A stretch of 64,000 nucleotides of DNA, taken from NCBI GenBank assembly GCA_016708315.1, contig JADJGC010000008.1:31699-95698 (forward strand), in the 5' to 3' direction. Shown one piece after another: positions 49,480 through 59,518 of the stretch. Under the pieces are notes generated by a model. The model saw nothing but the letters and a program-made list of their open reading frames with translations. It was not told the origin of the DNA and ran no database searches. Each line of letters begins with the position of its first letter. Within the stretch, counting starts at the first letter, position 1. The stretch comes from a bacterium (GTDB taxonomy: Bacteria; Zixibacteria; MSB-5A5; CAIYYT01). The position numbers and the translations under genes were made by a program.

Positions 49480-49615
49480 TCACTGAGCCGCCCATGCGAG
49501 TATGACCTCGATTATTTTTGGCACGAGAAACAGGCAAACCGCGCCACCGAGGTTCTTACCCATCGCTTCCATGTCTCCGTTTTTGAATTTGATGGCGGCG
49601 ACGCCCATAAACAAG
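49480..49615 (-). repeat. direct repeat copy 1: truncated 3' end of trbC/virB2 pilin gene (about 49 codons, upstream stop in frame)
   Basis: Translates to FAATPLFMGVAAIKFKNGDMEAMGKNLGGAVCLFLVPKIIEVILAWAAQ*, 80-95% nt identity to 62649..62787. Confidence 0.7.
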
Positions 49616-49997
49616 GGTGTTGCGGCAAATTACCTGTTTTCTGGCGAAACAGCTCATTTTCTGGATTTCAGCCGCGCACTCCGCCGACCAATATGATGTT
49701 GGGATCCGAGCTGAGAGCGCTGCGAGTCTTACCAGTCGCGAGGAAACGCCGGGCCGGATAGATGGATAGCGCGCGACGTGTAAGAGGGAAACTCCCCGAT
49801 GCGGGGTTGTTGGCCGCAGGAGGCGAGGGTCGGAATCGCCCAGCGAGGGGAGCTGTTCCGAAACCCGCCTAAACCATTCAGCAGCGGTCACTTCTCTAAA
49901 TGCTGCACTGGTAAGGAGATTATCACTTTCCGGTGATTGAATCAAGCGAACAAAGCGTGACGGACACCAACAATTTGCAACAAGAGCGAACACCTTT

Positions 49998-50033
49998 AGT
50001 GCCCGTTTTGATGCCCGTTTCAGTGCCCGTTTT
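49998..50033. repeat. 3 x 12-bp tandem repeat (agtgcccgtttt / gatgcccgtttc / agtgcccgtttt)
   Basis: Read directly in the roughly 540-bp non-coding tract between the repeat copy and the island. Confidence 0.6.
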
Positions 50034-50154
50034 CGGTTCGGCAATCTGGTCTGCCGGCTGCCCGGACAGGACGAAAATCCGAAGGGGAGAATTTTCGGGT
50101 GGAGCGGCCTGGTCCGGGTCCTGTGATAATCTGGCGGCGCGGTGGATCGAAACC

Positions 50155-52281
50155 TCAATCTGCTGCGAGCATTTTTTTGCAGTGCGGGCATTCAGGGATC
50201 CGGGCCAGAAACGGAGCTGAGGTGGGCGGTAACAAAGGCGCGCACATGTCCGCGCCGAACATGTGCACGGGGTCAAACTTCTCTGGCGTGGCAATCGCGG
50301 CCGAATCGTGTGGAATTATAAAAGCATAATCCCGGTGACAATCACCGCATTTTCGACGGCCCCATTCGGAATCACAGTCCCGGCAGGTCATCATGGCGGC
50401 GTCTTCCTGCTGGTCCACGGAAGTTGATTGGCAGCATGGACAAGATTGGAGGACCTGGAGTCGGTCGCGCACATTAACAAGGCGCTCAAAAATCCCGCTT
50501 ACAACCCTGAGGGTTGCTTCTTCTTTTTGCTCCTGTGCGTTAATCTCCTTTTTTTGAAGGTTTACAGCGGCAAGCAAACGACGGTTATCCCGAACACGGT
50601 GCTCCTCCCGCTTAAGATTTTCCCGTGCGGAATAGGTTTGTTCCAATTGGCGCTTTGCTCTGGTAGCCCGCATTTGCGCTTCTGCGATCAAGGAGTCATC
50701 GGGCGGCACGGAAAATAGAAAATCCTGTTCCACCATGTGGATGCCGTGGCGGTGTGACAATTCGTGCCACACGTCTGCCCAGCCGTTCATTGGCACGCGG
50801 ACCGGAAGACTTGGCCAATCCAGTTCAGCGATCACCCAGCGAATGATACGCGCCACCAATTCGGTGGAGTCAATTTTCAGGGGCGATACTTCCACCCAAA
50901 CCATGTTGTCCGAAAACAAGGCCGAGGACCGAAGTCGTTTGAACTTTTCCACCACTGGATCCGACCAGTCAGCGGCAGTAGCACCAGAATCATCCACGCT
51001 CACGATCAACACTGGATGGCTTTGTTTTTTCATTTCGAGGAAAGTCTGGAAGGCAACATCGACCTGTTTTTCAGATTGCGCTCGCCAGCAGGTGTATAAC
51101 CCAACGATATGCAATTGTGGTTTTCCGTGGCATTCCAAAAGAAGTGAGTAATCGTTCTGGACCAGCAGCGTCCACTGGCGGGCCAAGCTTATTCGCTTTC
51201 CGAGCGCAATGGGTTGATTCGTGTTTTCGGTCGGAATCAGTCCGAGTTGCCGGCACGCGCGGATGGTCAGCAACACCGTGAATAGATTCCAATCCGAACA
51301 CGCCCGCCTTCGATTTGCGGCGCGCTCGGCAGGGGTAGGCGGCTTAACCGAGGCCACGCGTTCCCACATGTGCCACAAATGAAAAGCCTGGCGATAGTGG
51401 GCATCACTTTGAAAGACGTTCGTTGAATGCAATGGACTCTCGACCGCGGCGAAGTGCGGCATCTGCTTGAAGAGAAACGTATCGGCCAGTGCCAGCAGGC
51501 GCGCGCGGGCGGTTTCCAGGTCATGAATGAGTTGGGCGAGACGGTCGCGGCTCGGATGGCTTGAAAAAGCCTCACCCCATAAAATGAAAAGCCGGTCTCG
51601 ACGGAAGCGCGTGCCTTGTGCTGCCTCCGAATGTTCACTTGCTTCATCCAGGGCCTGCAAGATTTGCTGTAATTTCTGGAGTCGTGGATGGAGGACGCCC
51701 AAAATCCGTTTGCGGAGAGTAGCTACGGCGCGGTTTTCATAAATGTCCCATTGGTCTCGCCTTGATTCCGCAAGAATGCGCCTGGGGCGAACCCCAAGGA
51801 AGGTCCGGGTTTGCCAATCCTCCGAGTGGGCGGCGAGCGTCGCCACGGCGCGATGGGAGACCCGTCGCGCACGCCCCACTTCCTCCCGAATTTCCTCAAT
51901 CGTCAGATGACCTCGTGGATTGTGGCTGAGCGTTTCCACATGCGGCAGCGCCTGAATCAAAGCCTGCTCATAGTCGCGCAGGTCCAAGTCTGAGGTGATC
52001 GTTGGGTCCAGCGGAACCAAGCGCGGCCAAGGTTGCAGTTTCCCACCCCAAAGCGGCTCGATCCTGGCGGCGAGATTTCGCAAGCTTTGACAAAGCGTTT
52101 CAGTTGGCTCGCTGCCGGAATCGGGGCGCTCCAAATCCCGCTCCGTTCCCGGCCAAACGTGTCCGTTCCGGACAGATTGCCAAAGCCCCAAGAACGGCAA
52201 TGACTCAGGGGTTGAGCAAGACTGTCCCGTAATCCGGTTGCGCCAGAGTGTTTCCATCAATCGATCAGGTTGCGCCCCCAT
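50155..52281 (-). CDS. McrC-like partner of the McrB-like GTPase (candidate nuclease subunit); Cys-rich C-terminus
   Basis: 708 aa, start overlaps upstream McrB-like gene (operon order mcrB-mcrC); C-terminal CPCC...CRDC...CGDC...CPHC zinc-ribbon-like cluster; PD-(D/E)xK motif not confidently identified by eye. Confidence 0.5.
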   Translation of the reverse strand: MGAQPDRLMETLWRNRITGQSCSTPESLPFLGLWQSVRNGHVWPGTERDLERPDSGSEPTETLCQSLRNLAARIEPLWGGKLQPWPRLVPLDPTITSDLDLRDYEQALIQALPHVETLSHNPRGHLTIEEIREEVGRARRVSHRAVATLAAHSEDWQTRTFLGVRPRRILAESRRDQWDIYENRAVATLRKRILGVLHPRLQKLQQILQALDEASEHSEAAQGTRFRRDRLFILWGEAFSSHPSRDRLAQLIHDLETARARLLALADTFLFKQMPHFAAVESPLHSTNVFQSDAHYRQAFHLWHMWERVASVKPPTPAERAANRRRACSDWNLFTVLLTIRACRQLGLIPTENTNQPIALGKRISLARQWTLLVQNDYSLLLECHGKPQLHIVGLYTCWRAQSEKQVDVAFQTFLEMKKQSHPVLIVSVDDSGATAADWSDPVVEKFKRLRSSALFSDNMVWVEVSPLKIDSTELVARIIRWVIAELDWPSLPVRVPMNGWADVWHELSHRHGIHMVEQDFLFSVPPDDSLIAEAQMRATRAKRQLEQTYSARENLKREEHRVRDNRRLLAAVNLQKKEINAQEQKEEATLRVVSGIFERLVNVRDRLQVLQSCPCCQSTSVDQQEDAAMMTCRDCDSEWGRRKCGDCHRDYAFIIPHDSAAIATPEKFDPVHMFGADMCAPLLPPTSAPFLARIPECPHCKKMLAAD

Positions 52282-54646
52282 TCAAGCGTTTGATTTCCCG
52301 TTCCAGCAACTCGTAACATTTTACCGGTTGGTTAGGCTTATCAAAATTATCCCATTCCTGGATCAAATGGGTTTGGAACTCTTCGAGTTGTTTCGCCCCG
52401 AGATCAAACCTGCCGCGCAGCTTGCGAAGCAATTTGGTCGCAAGGATATGATCTGTGGCTTCACCCAGAGTGCCGCCGGCTTCAATAATAACCGGCACAA
52501 ACCGATTCATCTGGCTTTCGAGCCGATTGCCCCAGCCTAAACCCAGTTTGGCGAGCTGATGAGTGAGTGACTTATCCAAAAAGTTCTTGGCTCGGATAGC
52601 GGCATCCTTATGTGTGTTTACCGCCCGATTAAAGGCTCCATCGATTGCGTCCTGTGTGATCGGGACCGGCGAGTTAAGCGGTCTGGGCACGAAGGCCTCG
52701 GGGTGTCTCGGAAACTCCATCACATGGGAGCGGTCATAGGTTTTGTCGGCGAAATCCTTGGTGGTTTCGTCATGATTGGCCGTGCCGATGAACCAGACGT
52801 TGCGCGGAATGCGCAACCAGCGGGCTTCCTCGAGCAGCTGCGGAGCACCATCAATCCTGGACGTCAGCAGACTGACACGCTGCTTCTCCGGGATTTGTTC
52901 GAGTGCCGACAGGAAATCCGCAAAGTAGTGCTCCGGATGCGATAGATTCATTTCGTCCAAGACAATGAAAAACGGAACGTTCCGGTAGTGAGGCTGTTGG
53001 GCACGATACAGAGCCTGGAGAAACTCCGACTCATAATAACGTTTCTCGAATGCGTTGTAATAGCCCAACAAGTCGTTCCGGTCGCGCCAGCCAGATTGGA
53101 CTTCGACGATAGCCGAGGTGGCGCCGATGGCCCGGGCAAATTCGCGGGGGAGGCTAGTTTTACCAGTGCCGCTGATGCCTTGGAGCAAATGAAGCCGACT
53201 GGTGGCCAGACCGGCAAGAAATGCGCGCACGTCCTTGTCCCGGTAATAAAGTTTTTTCTCGCCTATCCGATTCCGAATCTCGTCCACCAAGTCTTTGAGC
53301 GGCGGCAGTTTCTCGAGCACCCTTGCCGGGGGTGTTTGAAGAGTCGCATCGCCATCCATCTCGATAAGGCTAGGGAAAACGCATTGAGCCTTCGACTTGT
53401 CAACTAGTTCCCCAAGCTCGCGGCGCAAATCCTCGACACAGGAACGTAGGGCGCGTTCGCGGCTATCCCAAGCTGCTTTCTGGTCTCTCAAATTTTGCAT
53501 TTCAGCAACGCCGATGGATAATTTGCTCATCTGGGACTGCAACGATTGGTTATCTTGGAGCAACCGTGCCAAATCCGAATGCAGAGTCTCATTCTCGCTT
53601 TCCAAGCCGATGAGTCGGGCAATCTGATCATCTGCAGGTTTACGGGCCAGTTCCGCCACCAACTTTCCGTGCCGCTCCTGCAACGTGGTCAGTTCAGACA
53701 GCAATTCTTCCCGTGTTTTTCCGGCGGCAACGCGTTCGGTTTCCTCGTAGCGGCTAATCTGCTCGGCAAGCTGTTTGCACCGGGCCAAAGCACTCTGCAA
53801 ACGGCTTTCCCGATCGGTAACCGCTTCCCGGACTTTTTCCTCAATTCTTGAGACCCAGTTGGTCTTAAGTTCTTCCGCCTCCTGCTTGGCCCACTCGGCT
53901 TCACGCTTGGATCGAGCCACTGCCTGTTTTTCCAACTGAAGTTGCTGTCTGCCTTCCTCCACGCCGACCAACTCGCGTTCCCGAATCTGGCGAAGCTCAG
54001 TTTCATATTTCTTTATGCCATCGAGATAACTCTGATGATGCTCGGCAATCTGCTTTGCCAAGGCCTTGGCTTCTTCATCAAGTTTTGCGAGTGCCTGACG
54101 ACGTTGTTGCAAAAATCCAGACTCGGCGTCGATCTCTCGTTCCTTTAGTTTTTCCTCTGACTGGATGATGTCTCTTTCCCGACGGTCCAACCCCGATTTG
54201 CGGTCATCCAATTCGCGCTGGGTCTTGCGCTGTTCATCCTTTTGCTGGCGTAGTTCCTCCTCACGCTTCTGAACCTGTGCGTTATGTTCATGGGCTTCGG
54301 CTTCCCGATTTTTGGCTTGTGCCTCTGCGGCCTCCATGCGGCTTTGGGAACGCTCAAATAGTTGCCGAGCTTCGTGAGCCACTTTCCATAGATTTAGCGG
54401 ATCAATTTCCGACGCGACGGGGGCCAGTGGCGGCATGGGCGGATTGTTGAGATCCTCCTCGGTCAGAAGGTTGGTCGCCTGATTCGAAATTACAGTGATC
54501 TGCGCCACAACTTCCGCAGGAGTGGATGGGCCAGCGGGATTGACAGGTGATGCCGAGGTTCCGGCATTCGCCACCGCCGGCTGCATATTTTGCCGTCTGT
54601 TATTGCGATCTTTTTTGCTCATAGTTTTGAGGCTTTGTCGTTGCAA
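52265..54646 (-). CDS. McrB-like AAA+ GTPase (AAA_5) with about 450-aa N-terminal coiled-coil domain
   Basis: GISGTGKTS Walker A, FFIVLDEMNLSHPE (McrB DEMN Walker B), GTAN...DRS signature; N-terminal half is E/R/K/Q-rich heptad sequence. Confidence 0.8.
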   Translation of the reverse strand: MQRQSLKTMSKKDRNNRRQNMQPAVANAGTSASPVNPAGPSTPAEVVAQITVISNQATNLLTEEDLNNPPMPPLAPVASEIDPLNLWKVAHEARQLFERSQSRMEAAEAQAKNREAEAHEHNAQVQKREEELRQQKDEQRKTQRELDDRKSGLDRRERDIIQSEEKLKEREIDAESGFLQQRRQALAKLDEEAKALAKQIAEHHQSYLDGIKKYETELRQIRERELVGVEEGRQQLQLEKQAVARSKREAEWAKQEAEELKTNWVSRIEEKVREAVTDRESRLQSALARCKQLAEQISRYEETERVAAGKTREELLSELTTLQERHGKLVAELARKPADDQIARLIGLESENETLHSDLARLLQDNQSLQSQMSKLSIGVAEMQNLRDQKAAWDSRERALRSCVEDLRRELGELVDKSKAQCVFPSLIEMDGDATLQTPPARVLEKLPPLKDLVDEIRNRIGEKKLYYRDKDVRAFLAGLATSRLHLLQGISGTGKTSLPREFARAIGATSAIVEVQSGWRDRNDLLGYYNAFEKRYYESEFLQALYRAQQPHYRNVPFFIVLDEMNLSHPEHYFADFLSALEQIPEKQRVSLLTSRIDGAPQLLEEARWLRIPRNVWFIGTANHDETTKDFADKTYDRSHVMEFPRHPEAFVPRPLNSPVPITQDAIDGAFNRAVNTHKDAAIRAKNFLDKSLTHQLAKLGLGWGNRLESQMNRFVPVIIEAGGTLGEATDHILATKLLRKLRGRFDLGAKQLEEFQTHLIQEWDNFDKPNQPVKCYELLEREIKRLNGGAT

Positions 54647-56243
54647 GATTCAGTAGACACCCAGTTGCGTGAATAATCAGCTCCCACATCTCTTCTGCTT
54701 CCGAAATTGAAAAGCGTTTAGGCGAAGGGTTGTGCGAGTCATCATGAGATCCCGCGTTGCCTAGGTCGATTATGCGGGCAAGCTTGCGCAAGAACTCTAC
54801 ATCTTTGGACGCTGCTTTTCTGAGGGGATGGACCGGGTGCAATGATGACGCCAACAAAGTTGCAACCACTGCACTTGGCAATTTGTAAACGTTACCCACA
54901 TCCCGGCATATTCCAATTATGAGGCCTTTGTTTGGCTTTCCGCCCGACTTATCAATCTGAAAAACTCCGGGCAATGGCAGGCGTAATCCAATTGATTGAG
55001 CTATGTGGTCAACGGTTGCCCGGTCAATCGCAACGTCGCCGTTAAGAAGTGCCGGCGCATTACTCAACGATGAAACTCGAGCGATTGACTTCAGCAACGC
55101 TTCAAGCGTCCTTCGACATGATTGCATGACCGAGCCGAGGTCACTCTGAGATTCTCCTTCGGTGGCTCTCGCCAGGGATAAACTTTTGGCCGCTGCCACC
55201 AGGTGCTCAAAAACGGCGGAGGTTGCCTTAATATCGAGGGACAGTCGCGCCACGACCTCGGATTCGGCAATTTTTTGTTGCTGCTCCAACAACTCCTCCA
55301 AGGCCGGAGCATCCTTAATCTGCGCGAATCGCAAAAAATCCCGCTGGGCACCAGCCGCGCCCTCATCGTCTCTAGCTATTCGTTGCAGTTGACGCCACAT
55401 TTTCTCGTCGCACCCAAATCCGAACGGATCACAAATCTGAGGTAGAAATGCGCTCCCTTTGGGCAAGTATCCAAACGTAACCAGCCCGGCTGGCTCGGGC
55501 TGGTCGCTAATCGAAGCGATACGCGCGAGCAATTCAGGTGAATCATCGCCGGCGATTCCCATTATCTCCGATGCATCCAAGCGCATTGATTTTTTCTGTT
55601 CTTCACGACGGCGACACTGCTTTACCGCCCGCAAAATCATGGCGCTGGATGGTTGCACCGGGCTCGCCGGGGCATCGAAGGTCCAAGCAGGAACCTTGCG
55701 TAGCCCCCTTTTTGAATCCAGTGCCAAGTTCAAACGTCCCAGTCCATAGCCTATGGTGGTTTCTTGAAGCTGAAGCTGTTGGCTGAAGTGCGGCCAGAGT
55801 TCGCCGCTCCAGGGGTCTTGGAATACCCAACCGGTGATCAATGTATCTATGATCAATTCTTCTTTTTCAAGGACGTCAAGCCCCTTGGGTGTCGGGCGGA
55901 ATGATTTCTGGTCCACCCAGCCAGAACGGACCAACTCCATGCCGATATTTTCAACCAGGTGAGGATGGAGGTGAAGTTTGGTGGCGATCTCCGCGACCGA
56001 ATATGAATTGCTGCACCACAAACCGAGCACTGCTTTCTGGAGAAGGTTGATGCGTTGGTCTGATGGTGCTGGTGCCACCACCCGCCATGCGGCGCATGGC
56101 CAAACAAGATAGACACGCCCCGTGCGATCATAATCGTGGTGGGCGGCTCGGGGACCGTAATTTAAGACAAGATCCATGGTGTCAGAAAATTGCCCCATGG
56201 CTGCCCCGGCAAAGTTTTTGGAATGCATGGAGGCCGGGGACAT
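54600..56243 (-). CDS. hypothetical island protein (possible wHTH near N-terminus)
   Basis: 547-aa ORF between helicase and McrB-like genes, overlapping both. Confidence 0.5.
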   Translation of the reverse strand: MSPASMHSKNFAGAAMGQFSDTMDLVLNYGPRAAHHDYDRTGRVYLVWPCAAWRVVAPAPSDQRINLLQKAVLGLWCSNSYSVAEIATKLHLHPHLVENIGMELVRSGWVDQKSFRPTPKGLDVLEKEELIIDTLITGWVFQDPWSGELWPHFSQQLQLQETTIGYGLGRLNLALDSKRGLRKVPAWTFDAPASPVQPSSAMILRAVKQCRRREEQKKSMRLDASEIMGIAGDDSPELLARIASISDQPEPAGLVTFGYLPKGSAFLPQICDPFGFGCDEKMWRQLQRIARDDEGAAGAQRDFLRFAQIKDAPALEELLEQQQKIAESEVVARLSLDIKATSAVFEHLVAAAKSLSLARATEGESQSDLGSVMQSCRRTLEALLKSIARVSSLSNAPALLNGDVAIDRATVDHIAQSIGLRLPLPGVFQIDKSGGKPNKGLIIGICRDVGNVYKLPSAVVATLLASSLHPVHPLRKAASKDVEFLRKLARIIDLGNAGSHDDSHNPSPKRFSISEAEEMWELIIHATGCLLNLATTKPQNYEQKRSQ

Positions 56244-57336
56244 ATTGGGAAAATTCGGACGAGGCCATGGCTGAATCTCCGACCGTAATCAATAATCGCT
56301 TTTGGCGACTCATCGCGACACACAGGCGGTTTTCAAGCAATAGATGGCCGAATTTGCGGCGAACACTTTTATCATCGGCGGGTTGAATTCGGTTTGAACG
56401 AGTCAGCGAGAGGATGACAACATCGAATTCCTTGCCTTGAAAGGCATCCACGGTCCCGACGCGAAGACGTTCGCACACTTCGCGTTGAGCGTTGACTGTG
56501 CTGCGCCAGGCATCCGCAATGACCAAATCGTTATCATCCGACAGGGTTGTCAGGTCCACCCGTTGCATTGCGGTCATGATGGCCTTGACCTGCGCGGCAT
56601 AAAAAGAAATGATCCCCACGCTCAACCCGGGAGATTCTTGCAAGATGCGGCGTGTTTCGGCGGCAATCCAATCCGCCTCACAATGCCGAACCCAGCTGTG
56701 GTCGGCGTGTTCCTCTGCACCGTTGTAGATGGGCAGATTCTTCCAAACCGCAAGTTTTCCCTCGTAGCTTCCGCCCAAGCCGTGGGCAAATTGCGGGTTC
56801 AATTCGGCACCATCGGGCGATAGAAACGCCTCACCGTGGTCCTTGTAAAAGGCGTCACTTACAAAAGTGCCCAGCACCGGATGCATCCGGTATTGGGTGT
56901 CCAGCGTGACCCAGCGTTTTATACCGTCTAATTTCTCCAAATCCTTGACGTGGATGAACAGCCGTTCAAACAGGCTCTTACGGATCTGGTCGCGGGTCTC
57001 ATCACGAACAGATTGCTCAAGTTCGCGCTCCACTTCTGGCTCCAAAAGATGGGGCAGTTGCCGGTGATCACCCACCAAAATGATTCGCCGGGCGGCTCGG
57101 CTCAGGGGAATGAGCAAATCAAGGGGATTGGCCCGGGCCGCCTCATCGACAATGACATTCTCAAACTCAAGATCGTCCGAGAGCATTTCCATCATCCGGT
57201 CACTGACCGCCTGCTGACAAGTTGCCGCAAGGACCACCGTGTAATTCTCGACGGTTTTCCGCAACCCGACCGGGTCATTTCGCAGGTCCTGAATCAGTTG
57301 TTCGAGCACCATATCCGGCCCCCTCAGCCGACGCAT
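56182..57336 (-). CDS. Upf1-like SF1 helicase, C-terminal part (motifs II-VI); split from N-terminal part by frameshift
   Basis: IVDEAARANP (motif II), ILVGDHRQLP (III), VDAFQGKEFDVVILSLTRSN (V), CVAMSRQKRLLITVGD (VI). Confidence 0.75.
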   Translation of the reverse strand: MRRLRGPDMVLEQLIQDLRNDPVGLRKTVENYTVVLAATCQQAVSDRMMEMLSDDLEFENVIVDEAARANPLDLLIPLSRAARRIILVGDHRQLPHLLEPEVERELEQSVRDETRDQIRKSLFERLFIHVKDLEKLDGIKRWVTLDTQYRMHPVLGTFVSDAFYKDHGEAFLSPDGAELNPQFAHGLGGSYEGKLAVWKNLPIYNGAEEHADHSWVRHCEADWIAAETRRILQESPGLSVGIISFYAAQVKAIMTAMQRVDLTTLSDDNDLVIADAWRSTVNAQREVCERLRVGTVDAFQGKEFDVVILSLTRSNRIQPADDKSVRRKFGHLLLENRLCVAMSRQKRLLITVGDSAMASSEFSQYVPGLHAFQKLCRGSHGAIF

Positions 57337-59515
57337 TGCGAACGCACTTGTCCAAGGTGGAAATCATCTCATCAAGAACGTTGATGACTTCCGAATTGAC
57401 CAATGGGGTTCGGGAAGGCGGGGTAGATAATTGCAGGGCATCCAACAGCCGATTTTTGACCAATTCCATTGCCGGCAAGAAGTCGGGCGCAGACTCACTA
57501 TCCCAGTCTCTGGCCTTTTCCAAAAGGGCGCGGTCTTCGGCAGTGAGCCAAGAGCCTGATGATAATTGATTGAGAACCCGCCATGCCATCTTCGGCCCGT
57601 CATCGGCGAACGCCTCTTTCTGAATGCGCAGACCACGGACCACCTGGATGGCTGCCTGACACTCGTCGTCCTGACCGGCCACTCCCAGTTTGAGGCGGTC
57701 AGCCACACTGACAATCCGGTCAGACAAATCCGCTGGCAAATGCTCGCCTGCCAACGAACGTAAATCCAACAGCATGCGAGCGGCTTCGGTTTCAGTTCCA
57801 GGAGATTTGACATAGGAGGCATGTCTGATCCGAATTGTTTCCAGCAACTTTCTCAACGGCTTTTTTGGGCTGGCTGCCAAGTCCGCCTCCAAGGCTTCCG
57901 CGATCCGGTTGGTCCAAGCTATCAAGGGCAGACTTTCGGAGTTGTCTCCTCGTCGCCGGCCCACCTTCATCGCCGGAAGGCCGAAAATCTCGGTCATGGC
58001 CGCCGCATTCTCGACCGCATCATGTTGGAAGCTTGTGAGCAACACCTTTTCGAAGTCAGCGTTTTGATCTTTGGCAATTTCAGTAAGGCGCTCGATGATG
58101 GCTGATATGGTGCGGGTCTTGCCGGTGCCGGGTGGCCCTTGAATAACGGCTATATCGGGGGTGTTCAATGCAACCCTGATGGCTTCCACCTGCCGTGGGG
58201 TCGGCGCACCGGAATGAAACCGGGCTTTCGCCGCGCCGGACAACGGTTCGTGCGTCTGCACGCGGCGAACCGGCACTGGCCGGTTTTCAAGCAACAAAGC
58301 CAGTTGTGGAATTGAAGTCTTCCCGCTGGCAATGCGTGAATGCGCCTCGTTTCGGCGTGCCATTCTTTTCAAATCGCCGCGCAAGCTGACATGAATATAA
58401 CCCCGATCTGGTGGCACAACCCCATCTTGGGTATCGGGGCGCAGTCGAATGCTTTGGGTGTCGTTACCAGCCAAAGCGCCACGAAACGCCGGCCGTGATT
58501 CGCGAACCGCTATTTGAAAACTGGGCGTCTCTTCGTCGCCGGCTGGCGTGCTGGTGAGCATATCCGGGACTTCCGCTGATGCCTCCAAATCCTTGTCGGC
58601 GGTGATGCCCTGCCATAGTTGGGAGGGGGTCCATTGGCTATCGGCGGTCAACTGAAAAGACCAGCATCCATCCGGCATTCGATGACAACCATCGTAGCTC
58701 AACCAGCCAAAGCGTTTGGCCTCTTCAACGACACGCCGATGTTCCATCGCCTGGTATTCCAGCCAGACTCCCAAATAACTGCCGGCGGTGCGGACAATCT
58801 GATCGAGTTCCGTTGCCATCCCCTGCCGCATCTTGCCGGCTATGGTCTGATCAACAAATTCAAAGGCCCCTTCGGCAAGAATAACGGGGCGATATTCTTC
58901 CGGTTTGATGGCGGTCTTGGGGCGGGTTAGACGAAATGCCAACCAGCCACCTTCTTTATGCCGTTCGACATCCAGCGCGAATCGGTCACCGAGGATTCGG
59001 AAGGCTTGTTTTTGGCTATGTTGCGAGTCTGGCCGACCAATGATGATTACCCTGGCCAGTCCAGCTGGCGAATTGGGCTGGATGATTAATTTATCGGCGA
59101 GCCAAGCACAGGCGGTTTCGGTTGAGAAACGGCGTGCCTGTTGTCGTCCCATATCGGCCACCAGCTTTTCGTCCACGCCGATTTTTAGCTCAGGAATAGA
59201 AAAGCGTTCCGAGAATTCGTGAATCTGGATGGTCAAAGCGACCAACTGATTGCGGTCAGAGCGCAAACCAACCAACCAACACAACCGGGGAGCATCCTGT
59301 TCAATTGAGCGTTGCAGTTCCCTCCGACTTTTGTGGTCCCTTGCATCAACAACCAATGGTTCGGCTTGGCCCGGAAGAATAAGCGCACACAGGTCGCCAA
59401 CGCGCGTCAGCATCAACTCCCGCCCGTTGGGCGGAATCCGCTCAATTCCGACATCCACCAAGGGGACAACATCAAGCGTCAGAATCTTACCGTGTTGGAG
59501 GTTGGCGATTTCCAT
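57275..59515 (-). CDS. Upf1-like SF1 helicase, N-terminal part (large N-terminal region + Walker A)
   Basis: VIQGPPGTGKTRTISAIIERL; overlaps the C-terminal part by 62 nt in another frame at a C5 run (57319-57323). Confidence 0.75.
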   Translation of the reverse strand: MEIANLQHGKILTLDVVPLVDVGIERIPPNGRELMLTRVGDLCALILPGQAEPLVVDARDHKSRRELQRSIEQDAPRLCWLVGLRSDRNQLVALTIQIHEFSERFSIPELKIGVDEKLVADMGRQQARRFSTETACAWLADKLIIQPNSPAGLARVIIIGRPDSQHSQKQAFRILGDRFALDVERHKEGGWLAFRLTRPKTAIKPEEYRPVILAEGAFEFVDQTIAGKMRQGMATELDQIVRTAGSYLGVWLEYQAMEHRRVVEEAKRFGWLSYDGCHRMPDGCWSFQLTADSQWTPSQLWQGITADKDLEASAEVPDMLTSTPAGDEETPSFQIAVRESRPAFRGALAGNDTQSIRLRPDTQDGVVPPDRGYIHVSLRGDLKRMARRNEAHSRIASGKTSIPQLALLLENRPVPVRRVQTHEPLSGAAKARFHSGAPTPRQVEAIRVALNTPDIAVIQGPPGTGKTRTISAIIERLTEIAKDQNADFEKVLLTSFQHDAVENAAAMTEIFGLPAMKVGRRRGDNSESLPLIAWTNRIAEALEADLAASPKKPLRKLLETIRIRHASYVKSPGTETEAARMLLDLRSLAGEHLPADLSDRIVSVADRLKLGVAGQDDECQAAIQVVRGLRIQKEAFADDGPKMAWRVLNQLSSGSWLTAEDRALLEKARDWDSESAPDFLPAMELVKNRLLDALQLSTPPSRTPLVNSEVINVLDEMISTLDKCVRNASAEGAGYGARTTDSGPAK

Positions 59516-59518
59516 GTG

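Noticed and set aside
49998-50033. Possible CRISPR array
   Set aside because: Only three 12-bp units with no spacers; no cas genes; elsewhere no repeat-spacer structure seen
49556-50191. 211-aa minus-strand ORF across the non-coding tract
   Set aside because: Arg/Pro/Ser-rich, spans the direct-repeat remnant in the wrong frame; region better explained as non-coding
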